Origin: Malacoraja senta
Taxonomy: Eukaryota
NCBI GenBank assembly: GCA_038087875.1
Contig: CM075994.1
Location: forward strand, 10,232,001 to 10,296,000
Direction of reading: 5' to 3'
Length of the DNA: 64,000 nucleotides
Made by a program: the position numbers and the translations under genes. Positions 38,701 to 50,064 of the stretch are shown one piece after another (the first letter of the stretch is position 1; the number at the start of each line of letters is the position of its first letter). The notes beneath the pieces were generated by a model. The model made no database searches. It worked only from the letters and a program-made list of their open reading frames with translations, and had not been told where the DNA came from.

Positions 38701-40493
38701 TTGGAGCGATCCTCGTCTCACCAATGAAACTGAATAACATAAATTATAACAAAAACCCAATTATACATAGTACAATCAGAACTTGGAAACAAATAAAACA
38801 AAATTTAAAATTAAGAAATCTATCGCTGTTATCTCCAATAGTTAATAACCCCTCGTTTAATCCCTCTATTACAGACAAATCTTTTATACAATGGGATAGA
38901 CTAGGAATTAAAACGTTCAGTGACTTGTATGAAACTGGAAAATTATTATCATTCCAACAATTACAAATAAAATATAAACTGGGAAATAATCAATATTTTA
39001 AATATTTTCAAATATGTGACTATTTGAAAAAATATACAAAAGATCATTATAATATCCCAGCAGATGTACTGGATGAAGCAATGCAGATAAAAGCTGAATC
39101 AGCAAACTTAATATCATATTTGTATAATATTACCTTAAATGTAGAAATACCATCTACGGAAGGTATTAGTGGAGACTGGGAACAAGAATTAGCTATTAAA
39201 ATCTCAAAGGAAAGGTGGAATGAACATTTACTAAACGTGCATAAATGTTTGATTAATGTAAGACACACTTTAATACAATTTAAAATTGTACATAGATTAT
39301 ATTATTCCAAAACTAAAATTAATAAAATTTTCCCAAATGCATCATCCATTTGTGATAAATGTCAATCTCAAGAAGCTACTATAGCGCATTCATTTGTTTT
39401 CTGTACAAAAATTCAAAAATTTTGGATTGAAATTTTTGAAATCTTTACAAATTTATTTAAAATAAAACTGATACCTAAAGCAGAATGGATTATCGTCGGA
39501 ACAACGGAAGATAGTCCAGAACTAAATGTGTTTCAAAAGAAATTAATAGACTATGGGTTAATAACTGGAAAAAAGTTAATCCTAAAATTCTGGAAAAACG
39601 CTCCAATACCAACTATAAACATGTGGATTTCAAATATGTTCGAAACATTACACCTAGAAGAGATAAGACTCCTCCTGGCAGGTAAACCAGATCACTTCCA
39701 CCTGACGTGGTCTGCATTTATAGAATTATTACAAGTATAGGGTGCTAAAGTACTTTAAAAAAAACGGAGTCAGGTAAGGGGGGATGAAAGCTGGAGAGTT
39801 GGTATATCCCATTTGCGTGATGATTATAATAAAGTATTTGTTTTTCTCTTTTCCCTCTTTCTCGTAATTATTTTTTTAATTTCTTTCTTAAAGGGTCTTT
39901 GTTCTTTCTTGTTGTCACGTTTTTACACCTTCACTATTTTCCTTCACTTTCTCCTTTCTCTCAATCTCATCCTTTCCCTTCTATTAGTGTAAAAAATGAC
40001 GGAGTACATTAATTGTAATAAGATATACGTGACGAGTACTAATGTAATTGCTTGTAATGTAATGTACTTCTAATAAATTAAAAAAAAAAAAACACACACA
40101 CACAAAAACAATACATGCAAACATAGATTGCCCCGAAGACTGCTGCATGAGAGACAGGTGCACTGTTGTGGATTAAAATAAGGGCGGAGGGAGGTCTCCG
40201 TCCATCCTGATCCCGGGCTGTGAACGGAGATGCGGGCGGCGGGTTCCACTCCCCAACAGGTGCAACGCCTCCTCAGGTTACACCCGAGGCTTCCTTAGCG
40301 CCGGGCCCCGTTCCTGTCTGTCCTGCCTTAGTCTTTCTCGTCCATATTCAGGCCAGTTTAATGTCCAATCTACCCCTCCCTCGTGTGAGATGAGTTGAAA
40401 GCGGCCAGGACATCTTCACACTGAACACTTGCAGCCAAATAGCATTCAATGCCCGGGGCGGCAGCGGGCGCAGCGACACGATTCTGTAGGGGT

Positions 40494-40812
40494 TGAGTTT
40501 AATTTAGTTTAGAGATACAGCGCGTAAACAGGACCTTCGGCCCACCGGGTCCGCGCCGACCAGCGATCCCCTCACGTTAACACAGTCCTACACCAACTAT
40601 GGACATTTCTTGCATGTACCAAGCCAATTTTTTACATTTACCAAAAATGGGAGTGTGGGGGGGAAACGAAGATCTCGGAGAAAACCCACGCAGATCACGG
40701 GGAGAACGTGCAAACTCCGGACAGACAGCACCCGTAGTCAGGATCGAACCCGTGTCTCTGGGGCGCTGCATTCGCTGTAAGGCAGCAACTCTACCGCTGC
40801 GCCACAGTGACG
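40494..40812 (-). mobile_element. tRNA-derived SINE upstream of TRIM copy 2
   Basis: Equivalent position and sequence to 6283-6599. Confidence 0.8.
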
Positions 40813-40887
40813 GTCATGTGACAGGCACGTCATTCAGCAGCTCCACGTCAGTGAAAACACTTTGAACCAGGAAGTGGAGGATTTACA

Positions 40888-41298
40888 ATGGCTTCGAAAG
40901 ACCAGGTGGAGAGTTTAACCGAGGAGGCACTTTGTCCCGTCTGCCTGGATTTCTTCACCGATCCGGTGTCACTGGAGTGTGGGCACAACTTCTGCCGCTC
41001 CTGTATCACACAGAGTTGGGACAGGGAGGCGAGAAACCCCTGCCCGGAATGTAGAGAGGAGTGTGTAGACCGCACACTCAGGGTGAATCGGGCCTTGGTT
41101 AGACTGTCTGAGAAAGCTCGAGCACTGAGCCTGAATCTCAAAGAGAAGGAAAGTAAACTTCACTGCGAGAAACATCAGGAAGAACTTAAGCTGTTTTGTG
41201 AAACTGACAAGAAAGTGATATGTGTGATCTGTCGAGATGCGCGGGAACACAAGTCTCACAGCTTTATACCGATAGAAGAAGCTGTCGAAATCTACAAG
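40888..41298 (+). CDS. TRIM copy 2 exon 1 (RING + B-box)
   Basis: [19 protein letters not shown]...EIYK; donor AAG|GTAAAA; 411 nt. Confidence 0.92.
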
Positions 41299-44200
41299 GT
41301 AAAAGCAAACCGATATTGATTACATCATTGTGTGATGTTCTGTTTATTTTCTGACATTTCTCTGAAACCCATCTCCAGGATCAGGTAAAATCTTCTTTCG
41401 AATCTCTCACAAAAAAGAAATCAGAGATCGAGCAAATGGAGCAGCAACAGAAAGAGGGCATTTCTGGAGTTCAGGTGAGGTTTTGTACTATTGATGTAAT
41501 TATTTTGTTTAGATTTGATCCCTGTGATGCGTGTAATAAGTGGGCACCTCAATAGAGCTCAGTAGTATGGAAACCCGAGAGCGGTTGGCCAGCCAAGGAC
41601 TTTACTCATTGGAGCGCGGGCGTCTGAAGAATGATCTATTGCAGGTGTATAATTTTCCCTGTGGGGCGTCGAGCATGCGAGGGCATAGGTTTAAGGTGAG
41701 AGGGACCATAATTAATACGAACATTAACGGCAACTTTGGTAGTGGGTGTATGGAATGAGCTGCCAGGGGAGGTAGTTGATTCAGGTACCATAAAAATATT
41801 TAAAGATATTTGAAGAAATTCGTAGATAGAAATTGTTAGAATCAGGTGGGGCAAATGCGGACAGGTGGAAATAGCGTAGATGGGGCAATGGACAATAGTC
41901 AATAGACAATAGGTGCAGGAGTAGGCCATTCGGCCCTTCGAGACAGCACCGCTATTCAATGCGATCATGGCTAATCATCCCCAATCAGTACCCCATTCCT
42001 GCCTTCTCCCCAGATCTCCTGACTCCGCAATCTTTAAGAGCTCTATCTAGCTCTCTCATGAAAGTATCCAGAGAACCAGCCTCCCCCACCCTCTGAGGCA
42101 GAGAATTCCACAGACTCACAACTCTCTGTGAAAAAGTGTTTCCTCATCTCCGTTCTAAATGGCTTACCCCTTATTCTAAAACTGTAGCCCCTTGTTCTGA
42201 ACTGCCCCAACATCGGGAACATGTTTCCTGCCTCCACCGTGTCCAAACCCTTAATAATCTTAAATGTTTCCAAAAGATGCCCTCTCATCCTTCTCAATTC
42301 CAGAGTATACAAGCCCAGCCGCTCCATTCTCTAAGCATATGACTGTCCCGCCATCCCGGGAATTATCCTTGTAAACCTACACTTCACTCCCTCAATAGCA
42401 AGAATGTTCTTCCTCAAATTAGGTGACCAAAACTGCACACAATACCCCAGGTGTGGTCTCACCTGGGCGCTGTACAACTGCAGAAGATCCTCTTTGTTCA
42501 TATACTCAACTCCTCTAGTTATGAAGGCCAACATGCCATTCGCTTTCTTCTCTGCCTGCTGTACCTGCATGGTTACTTTCATTGACTGATGAACAAGGAC
42601 CCCCAGATCCAGTTGTACTTCCCCTTTATCCAACTTGACACCATTTAGATAATAATCTCACTTCCTATTTGTGTAACCAAAGTTGATAAACTCACATTTA
42701 TCCACATTAAACTGCATCTGCCCACTCACCTAACCTGTGCAAGTCACCCTGCATTGTCATAGCATCCTCCTCACAGTTCCCACTGCCACCCAGCGATGTG
42801 TCATTTGCAAATTTGCTAATGTTACTTTGAATCCCTTCATCGAAATCATTGATGTATATTGAAAATAGCTGCGGTCCCAGCACCGAGACTTGGGGTACCC
42901 CACTAGTTCCTGCCTGCCATTCTGAAAGGGACCCGTTAATCCCTACACTTTGTTTCCTATCTGCCAACCAATTTTCTATCCATGTCAGAACTCTACCCCC
43001 AAAAACATGTGCCCTAATTTTGCCCATTAATCTATGTGGGAACTTATCAAATGCTTTCTGAAAGTCCAGGTACATTATATTCACTGGTTCTCCCTTGTCC
43101 ATTTTCCTTGTTACATCCTCACAAAATTCCAAAAGATTAGTCAAGCATGATATCCCCTTCGTAAATCCATGCTGACTCGGACCAATCCTGTTACTGCCAT
43201 CCAAGTGTGCCGCTATTTCATCTTTTATGATTGACTCCATCATCTTCCCCACCACCGATGTCAGGCTAACTGGTCTATAATTCCCTGTTTTCTCTCTCCC
43301 GCCTTTCTTAAAAAGTGGGATAACATTAGCTACCTTCTAATACACAGGACATGTTCCTGAATCGAAAGAACATTGGAAAATTATCACCAATGCCTCCACG
43401 ATTTCTAGAGCCAGTTCCTTAAATACCCCGGGATGCAGACCATCAGGCCCTGGGGATTTATCAGCCTTCAGTCCCTTCAATCTACCCAACACCATTTCCT
43501 GCATAATGTGGATTTCCTTCAGTTCCCCCGTCACCCTAGATCCTCTGGCCACTAGTACATCAGGAAGATTGTTTGTGCCCTCCTAAGTGAAGACGGATCC
43601 AAACTACCTTTTCGACTCATCTGCCATTTCCTTGTTCCCCGTAATAATTTCACCCTTTTCTGCCTTCAAGGGTCCAAACTTGGTCTTAACTATTTTTTTC
43701 CCTTTTCACATACCTAAAGAAACTTTTACTATCCTCCTTTATATTCTTGGCTAGTTTTCTTTCGTACCTCATCTTTGCTCGTATTGCCTTTTTGGTATCT
43801 TCTGTTGCTCCATAAACATTACCCAATCCTCTTGCTTCCCGCTCATCTTTGCCACCTTGTACTTCTCTTTTATTTTTATACGGTCCCTGACTTTCCTTGT
43901 CAGCCACGATCGCCCCTTACCCCCCGTGAAATCTTTCCTCCTCTTTGGAATAAAGTGATCTTGCACCTTCTGTATTATTCACAGAAATACCTGCCATTGT
44001 TGTTCCACTGTCATCCCTGCTAGGGTATCTTTCCAATCAACTTTGGCCAGCTCCTCCAACATGGCTCCATACTCCCCATTGTTCAACTGTAACACTGACA
44101 CCTCCGATTTACCCTTCTCCCTCTCAAATTGCAGAATAAAACTCACCACATTATGGTCACTACCTCCAAATGGTTCCTTAACCTCAAGTTCCCGTTATCA

Positions 44201-47200
44201 AATCGGTTCATTACACAATTAACCAGATTTGATAAGGTCCTGGTCGGTTACATTACTTTCACCAGATATTTCAGTAATTATCAAGACTTGCCAAGGTAAC
44301 TCTTGAATTGCCATGGTAATCATAGCTATGCATTAAATACTGGAAAATTAGTGTAGATACGGATAGAGCCCATCATGGACATGTTGGTACGAAGGGCCTA
44401 TTTCTGCACTTCGGGACGCGAGATTCACTAGCCAAATGTCACCTTCCATGTCATGAAGAAACACAGCAGAGTGACATAATATATTGATTTTAATCTTTCA
44501 TCTGACAGGAAGAGTCACACTACCTTCAGTCACTGATCACATCCCAGTTTGCTGAACTGCACCAGATATTCACTGAGAAAGAGCAGCACTTACTTGGAGA
44601 TATACGGGAGGAAGAGAAAAACATTGTCCAAAGAATGAAGAAAAATCTTCAAGAGATTCAAGAGAATTTAAATTCCATTCAAGAGGAACTCTCAAAGTTA
44701 CAGGAACAGATCGATCACAAGGACGGTGTGATATTTCTGAAGGTGAGGGGTTACACTACAGTTCGGATAAGTGAAAATGCGCAGTCACAAAATGGCGGGA
44801 TAAATTTCTGAAATAAATGCTGCATTTACCAGTAATTCAGTACTGGGTCAATGTTCCGACTGTTCCATCTACTCACCACATCCGATAATAATGCCCCAAA
44901 TTCACCTCTCTACATCCTGGACATTCGGCCCATCCACTGTTGTCAGTTTTCCTGCTCCGCAGTGAAGAAATCGAATGGTATGTTAGCATTCATAGCAAAA
45001 GGATTTGAGTATAGGAGCAGGGAGGTTCTACTGCAGTTGTACATGGCCTTGGTGAGACCACAACTTGAGTATTGCGTACAGTTTTGGTCTCCTAATCTGA
45101 GGAAAGACATTCTTGCCATACAGGGAGTACAGAGAAGGTTCACCAGTCTGATTCCTGGGATGTCAGGACTTTCATATGAAGAAAGACTGGATAGACTCGG
45201 CTTGTACTCGCTAGAATTTAGAAGATTGAGGGGGGATCAGATAGAAACTTACAAAATTCTTATGGGATTGGACAGGCTAGATGCAGGAAGATTGTTCCCG
45301 ATGTTGGGGAAGTCCAGAACAAGGGGTCACAGTTTAAGGATAAGGGGGAAATCTTTTAGGACCGAGATGAGAAAACCATTTTTCACACAGATAGTGGTGA
45401 ATCTCTGGAATTCTCTGCCACAGAAAGTAGTTGAGGCCAGTTCATTGGCTATATTTAAGAGGGAATTAGATGTGGCCCTTGTGGCTAAAGGTATCAGGGG
45501 GTATGGAGAGAAGGCAGGTACTGGATACTGAGTTGGATGATCAGCCATTATCATATTGAATGGCGGTGCAGGCTCAAAGGGCCGAATGGCCTACACCTGC
45601 ACCTATTTTCTATGTTTCTATGTTTCCGCACAAGTCTCTCCCCACCTACTCACAACATCCACCAGCAGTGCCCACAGTTGCCACATCTCTCGTGTTTATC
45701 CACCTCCCCATGAAATTACCACTCCTGTGGTAGAGGGTTCTATATTATCTTGACTGTATCTCTTTTGGAACTTTTGAAAGACCACCTGATATTTCATCTT
45801 CAATTCACTTTCTTATCATGATCTGCCATTTCAATGTTTAATCTTGCACTAAATGACGTACCCTTTATCCGTTATCTCTACACTGTGGACGGCTTGTTTT
45901 TATTCATGTTCAGTCTTTTCTTTGACAGGACAGCAGGCAAACAAACGCTTTTCGCCGTACCTCAGTACACGTGACAATAATAAGTTCATACGTTCAGAAG
46001 TGATAGGAACAGAATTAGCCCATCAAGTCTACTCGGCCATTCAATCGTGGCTGATCTACCTGTCCTAACCCCCAATATCCTGCTTTCTCCCCATACCCCT
46101 GACACCCGTACTAATCAAGATACTATTAAATTCCGTTAATTTTCCTTTAATTAGCCCCCAAAAGACACATGAAGTGTGCCGTCTTTCTGGTAAGTATGAT
46201 CCTAAGATTAATGGCAGATTTTTCACTAACATTCCTTACACATTCGCTCTTGGTTCTTTGTTCATTCGTGTCATACCCTCAATCCGTGTCAGCAGGGGGT
46301 CAGAGTTGGGAAACTGGAATTTTCAGCAGCTCCTAAAATTCTGAAAAAACGTCAAAAAAAAACATCAAGTGCAGGAGCAACTCTGCGGGTTAGGCGACAT
46401 CTGTGGGTGATTCCGATGGGTGACTTTTCGGGACCGGGCCCTTCTTCAGATTGTTGTTGTGAGGGGCGGAGAGCTGGAAAAGCGATGGAGTTTGACAAAG
46501 CCTCATGACAGGCAAAGGATAAAGGCGGGGGAGGTTTGCCTGGCATTTGGGTGGACATAGGCTAGAGATGAAAAGAGTAGAAAAGGGGCCAGATAAGAAA
46601 AGAGGAGAGATATGTTAAGACAGATGGAGGATTATAGGAATAAGGATCTGCGGGAATGGGTAAGAGAGCGGGGTGGTGCGAAAAGTGGAAGCTCATTAGG
46701 CTGGGCACATGGAACAAACGGGTTAAAGGGGAGAGTGATGGTGTTATCTAAAATTGGAGATTTCAATGTTCATTCTGCTGTGTTGTAAACTACCCGAGCG
46801 GAATATGAGGTGCCGATCTTCCATTTTGCGTGTGACCTCACTCTGTCAATGAGGGAGGACTGGAAGGACAATATGGAAATGAGAAGTGGAGTTGGAATGT
46901 TTAGCAACCGGGATGTTCCGCAGATCTGGGTCGCCTAGTCTACGCTTGGTCTCGACGATGTACAGGATGGGGCCGAACCGAAGCGTCACCAATCCACATC
47001 CCCGTGAAACGCTGCCGTGTTCCATCACTTTGTGTTTTATATAAGACGGCATTGCTTGTAACTCGATTAATTCAGCTTTGTGTTTTATTTATTTCAGGAT
47101 GAAGCCGGTCGGGGGAGCAGGTAGGACATGCTCTTGACTGAAATTCTATATGGATGTGTAATGTAACAACAATTACATGCTCAATTTATAACCATGTGTT

Positions 47201-48792
47201 TACTATTTGCAGTGCGAGTGTTGATACTGAATCGTTGTTAGTGACAGATGCTGCCCCGGCCTTTGAATCGTTCTATCGCCCCTTTATGTTTAGTACAATG
47301 ATAAGAGAAATAGCTGATGCCATTAAGCGGAGTAGCTTACAACCTGACGGTATGAATATAAAACACTCTGGTCAACTAACGTAATCACCCCCCCCCCCCC
47401 CACACACACACACACACACCTTCTCCCTCCCTCCCCCACCACCCACCATCTTTTCCTTGTACCTCATCTGGACTTCCCCCCACCACATCCTCCACAGATA
47501 TCTCTTCCTCCGGCTTCACGATTCTTACCCCTTTTATCTTTATCTCGCACGTTTTGTCTTTTCATCTCTGGCATTAGTCCAACAATTGGCCTATCAAAAC
47601 TATCCTCTTGCTGGTGTCCCCCTCTCACTGGCGTTGGGTGGAGATAGAATCCCACCACGACCCACCCCTTTCCGCTTTCCGCAGACCGTTCCCTCCACAA
47701 CTCCCAAAAATGCTGGAGAAGCTCAGCAGGTGCGGCAGCATCTATGGAGCGAAGGTAATAGGCAACGTAGATGCAGCACTTGTGTGTAATTATGGGCTGA
47801 GGGGGAATTGTCGTTTTATTCCAGTAACAAACGCAGCTGCAGGGAAGGTTCACTTTCACACAGGCAGCTGGAGATGGGAGATTCCTGAACACAACCGACA
47901 GCCACACCCCTCCCTCTGTATCACCGCCTCTCAAGAAAACAGAAGCTGGTCACCTGGCCCCTCATGTCCGCCCTCGTTCAGTAGGATCAAGGCGACTCCA
48001 CCGCAACTCTATCTCCTCTTTAACCACCTCTAATTACCACACGCATCAATCTGAAATCCCCGCCCCAATCCCACGGCGCCGCTACTCCGGTTCCCCAAAA
48101 CCCATGACATTCCCCTCTTCATCCGGGAGAAAAACTGCGGCCCCCGGGAAATCTCAGATGCTCTGCTTCTCCCCCCAGGCTCCGTCACCCTGGATGTGGA
48201 AACAGCGGGTCCGCAGCTCGAGGTGTCTGAGGATCGGAAGAGCGTGAGATCGACCCGGAACAAGACGAGTCTCCCTGACACCGGGAAGAGGTTTACAGTC
48301 AATTCGCGTGTGCTGGGATCGGAGGGATTCACATCGGGGAGACATTACTGGGAGGTGGAGGTGGCGGGGAGTGACTGGAGGCTGGGTGTCGCCGCAGAGT
48401 CTGTGGAGAGGAAGGGATGGGTCACATCCACCCCGGAGACTGGAATCTGGAGCATCGCGCGGCAGGGTGGCGAGTTTCATGCATCCGCCTCCCCTCAATC
48501 CCCTCTCCCCGCGCGTCCTATCCCCGGGAGGGTGGGAGTTTATCTTAGTTACGAGTCCGGGACAGTTTCATTTTACGATGCGGACACCAAGTCTCATCTC
48601 CACACCTTCACTGGGAATAAATTCACGGAGAAACTTTATCCTTTGATCGGTACTGTGCATGTAAACCAGTGGCTGAGAATCTGCTCCGGTTCCGTTCCAG
48701 GTGTGCAAAAGGGTCGGGTCCCGGGACCGGCGTCAGTAGCGGGGCTCAGGGGCTGTGGGGCAGAAACCCGGTGGACACCAGGTCAGCGCTGA
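40888..48792 (+). CDS. TRIM gene copy 2: RING-B-box2-coiled-coil-PRY/SPRY, about 504 aa; join(40888-41298,41379-41474,44509-44742,47098-47120,47213-47349,48179-48792)
   Basis: Same exon structure and phases as copy 1, all GT-AG and open. The exon-5 donor is ambiguous (47331 or 47349, same phase). Carries a 28-aa C-terminal extension relative to copy 1. Confidence 0.9.
41379..41474 (+). CDS. TRIM copy 2 exon 2
   Basis: TCCAG|GAT...CAG|GTGAGG; 96 nt. Confidence 0.88.
41890..44220 (-). mobile_element. CR1 LINE, 5'-truncated, in TRIM copy 2 intron 2
   Basis: RT motifs ([25 protein letters not shown]); GACAATAG tail; same insertion point in copy 4 at 56738. Confidence 0.9.
44509..44742 (+). CDS. 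TRIM copy 2 exon 3
   Basis: GACAG|GAA...AAG|GTGAGG; 234 nt. Confidence 0.9.
44962..45624 (+). mobile_element. Young CR1 3' fragment in TRIM copy 2 intron 3 with TSD TCCGCA
   Basis: Open RT C-terminus, (TTTCTATG) tail; TCCGCA at 44956-44961 and 45625-45630; empty site at about 51486. Confidence 0.9.
46350..46985 (-). mobile_element. Penelope-like fragment (GIY-YIG end plus terminal repeat)
   Basis: [13 protein letters not shown]; terminal repeat with a CTGAAGA..GAAA motif; paralog at 52250-52865. Confidence 0.6.
47098..47120 (+). CDS. TRIM copy 2 exon 4
   Basis: TTTCAG|GATGAAGCCGGTCGGGGGAGCAG|GTAGGA; 23 nt. Confidence 0.85.
47213..47349 (+). CDS. TRIM copy 2 exon 5
   Basis: TTGCAG|T GCG AGT...GAC G|GTATGA (137 nt); weaker alternative donor A|GTAGCT after 47331. 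Confidence 0.75.
48179..48792 (+). CDS. TRIM copy 2 exon 6 (PRY/SPRY B30.2 + C-terminal extension)
   Basis: [38 protein letters not shown] where copy 1 has TAA; TGA at 48790-48792. Confidence 0.9.
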
Positions 48793-49283
48793 ACGGCACC
48801 CATTCAATCCCCAAATTCCGCATCGTGAAACCCCAGTGAGCGCGGAAATAAAACCAGGTGGAATGTAAATGTGGGCAGAGTGAAATAAACAGCAACTAAA
48901 ACCAGAGCTGTCTGTCGATCGGTTCATTTTAACGCGTTAAACCGCTTCCGGCAACGGAACAGAAATTACTTTTGTGAAAATATAAAGATTGAAACAATCG
49001 CCCTTCCCGCGGGTTCAGCAGCAGCCGCGAGCGGCGGGTCCTGAGCTCCGGGCTCCCCGGGTCCTAAAGTCCGCCGACTCAGTAGATTGCTTGCAGCATT
49101 TGCTCCAAACACAACAGATTCGTTTTATTCGGAACGGATCTTTGAAAGAATGGGTTCAAACCGAATTCCCAGTTCCAGGTGGGAACCCGTTGTGCTCAGG
49201 CTCAGCCTGTCTCTCTGTCGGATATGTGGGATCATTCCTTGTTTCGCTCGCCGCCAGACCCCTCCCTCAACTCTCTCTCAGGT

Positions 49284-50064
49284 AGTTCAATGGTTCTTTA
49301 TTGTCACCTGTTCCCTCAGGTACAATGGAAATTGATTTACCATACAGACAACAAAAACAAAATGACATAAAAAAATTAAACATAAGCAGCCACGTCAGCG
49401 GCGTGTGAGAATCGTTAGGCACACAACACGCGCGGAGACCCACAGCCATCAGTCCAATGTCCGGGACACACACGCACTTCACCGTGATGTGGCCAATGAT
49501 TCACCAACCGCTTGTCGTTCTCTCTGCAGTCCCTGTCCCCCCGAACATTCAGAAAGCCGTCCGCCCTCGGACCAGACTCCAGGACGCTCCCGTGGCGCGA
49601 CGTCCCCGCAAACCCCGACACCACTGCACTCACGGTACTCCCTCTGAGTCCTCACCAGTGCAGGCAGTATCAATCTTGCTTTCGGTGACCTCGCACTCCT
49701 CACTGCGATGGAAGACGAATAACGTTTACCTTCTTCCTCCTTTTCTCCCGCGGTCGTGGCGATCGAATCATCCGCAGTCGGGGCGATCGAAACTCCTGCA
49801 GCTGGAGCTCCCGAAGACGATCCCTAACAAAGGGACCGCCAGCTCCACGATGTGCGGCCGCAGTGCGGACGGAGAAACGATCGGAAAAAAGTCTCATGCC
49901 GTCGGAGGAAGAGAGTAAAAAAAGTTTCCCCCATCCCCCGCCCCCCACACAATACAAAAACCAAAGATCAAGTAAAACATACAAATAAAACGGATAAAAA
50001 TCAACAAAGAAGAAATGGACATGACAGGCTGTTGGCGATGCTGCCTCTCACGGAGCCACCCGGA
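49284..50064 (-). mobile_element. Unclassified GC-rich retroposon-like insertion downstream of TRIM copy 2
   Basis: Absent at the paralogous site 55575 (CAGGTA|CATCATG); minus-strand tail AATAAAGAACCATTGAAC. Confidence 0.55.

Larger units (their letters stand above)
29748..40095 (+). mobile_element. L1-clade LINE: ORF1 C-terminus (to 29822), long spacer interrupted by the Gypsy element, degraded ORF2 about 35960-39740, poly-A
   Basis: GGDFNC, SDHSP, SLDAEKAF, YADD, C-terminal CDKC..HSFVFC; AATAAA at 40073 followed by an A-run. Confidence 0.9.

Noticed and set aside
44851..45531. 226-aa sense ORF inside TRIM copy 2 as an extra exon or domain
   Set aside because: CR1 RT 3' fragment with a TSD and an empty paralogous site; no supporting splice evidence.
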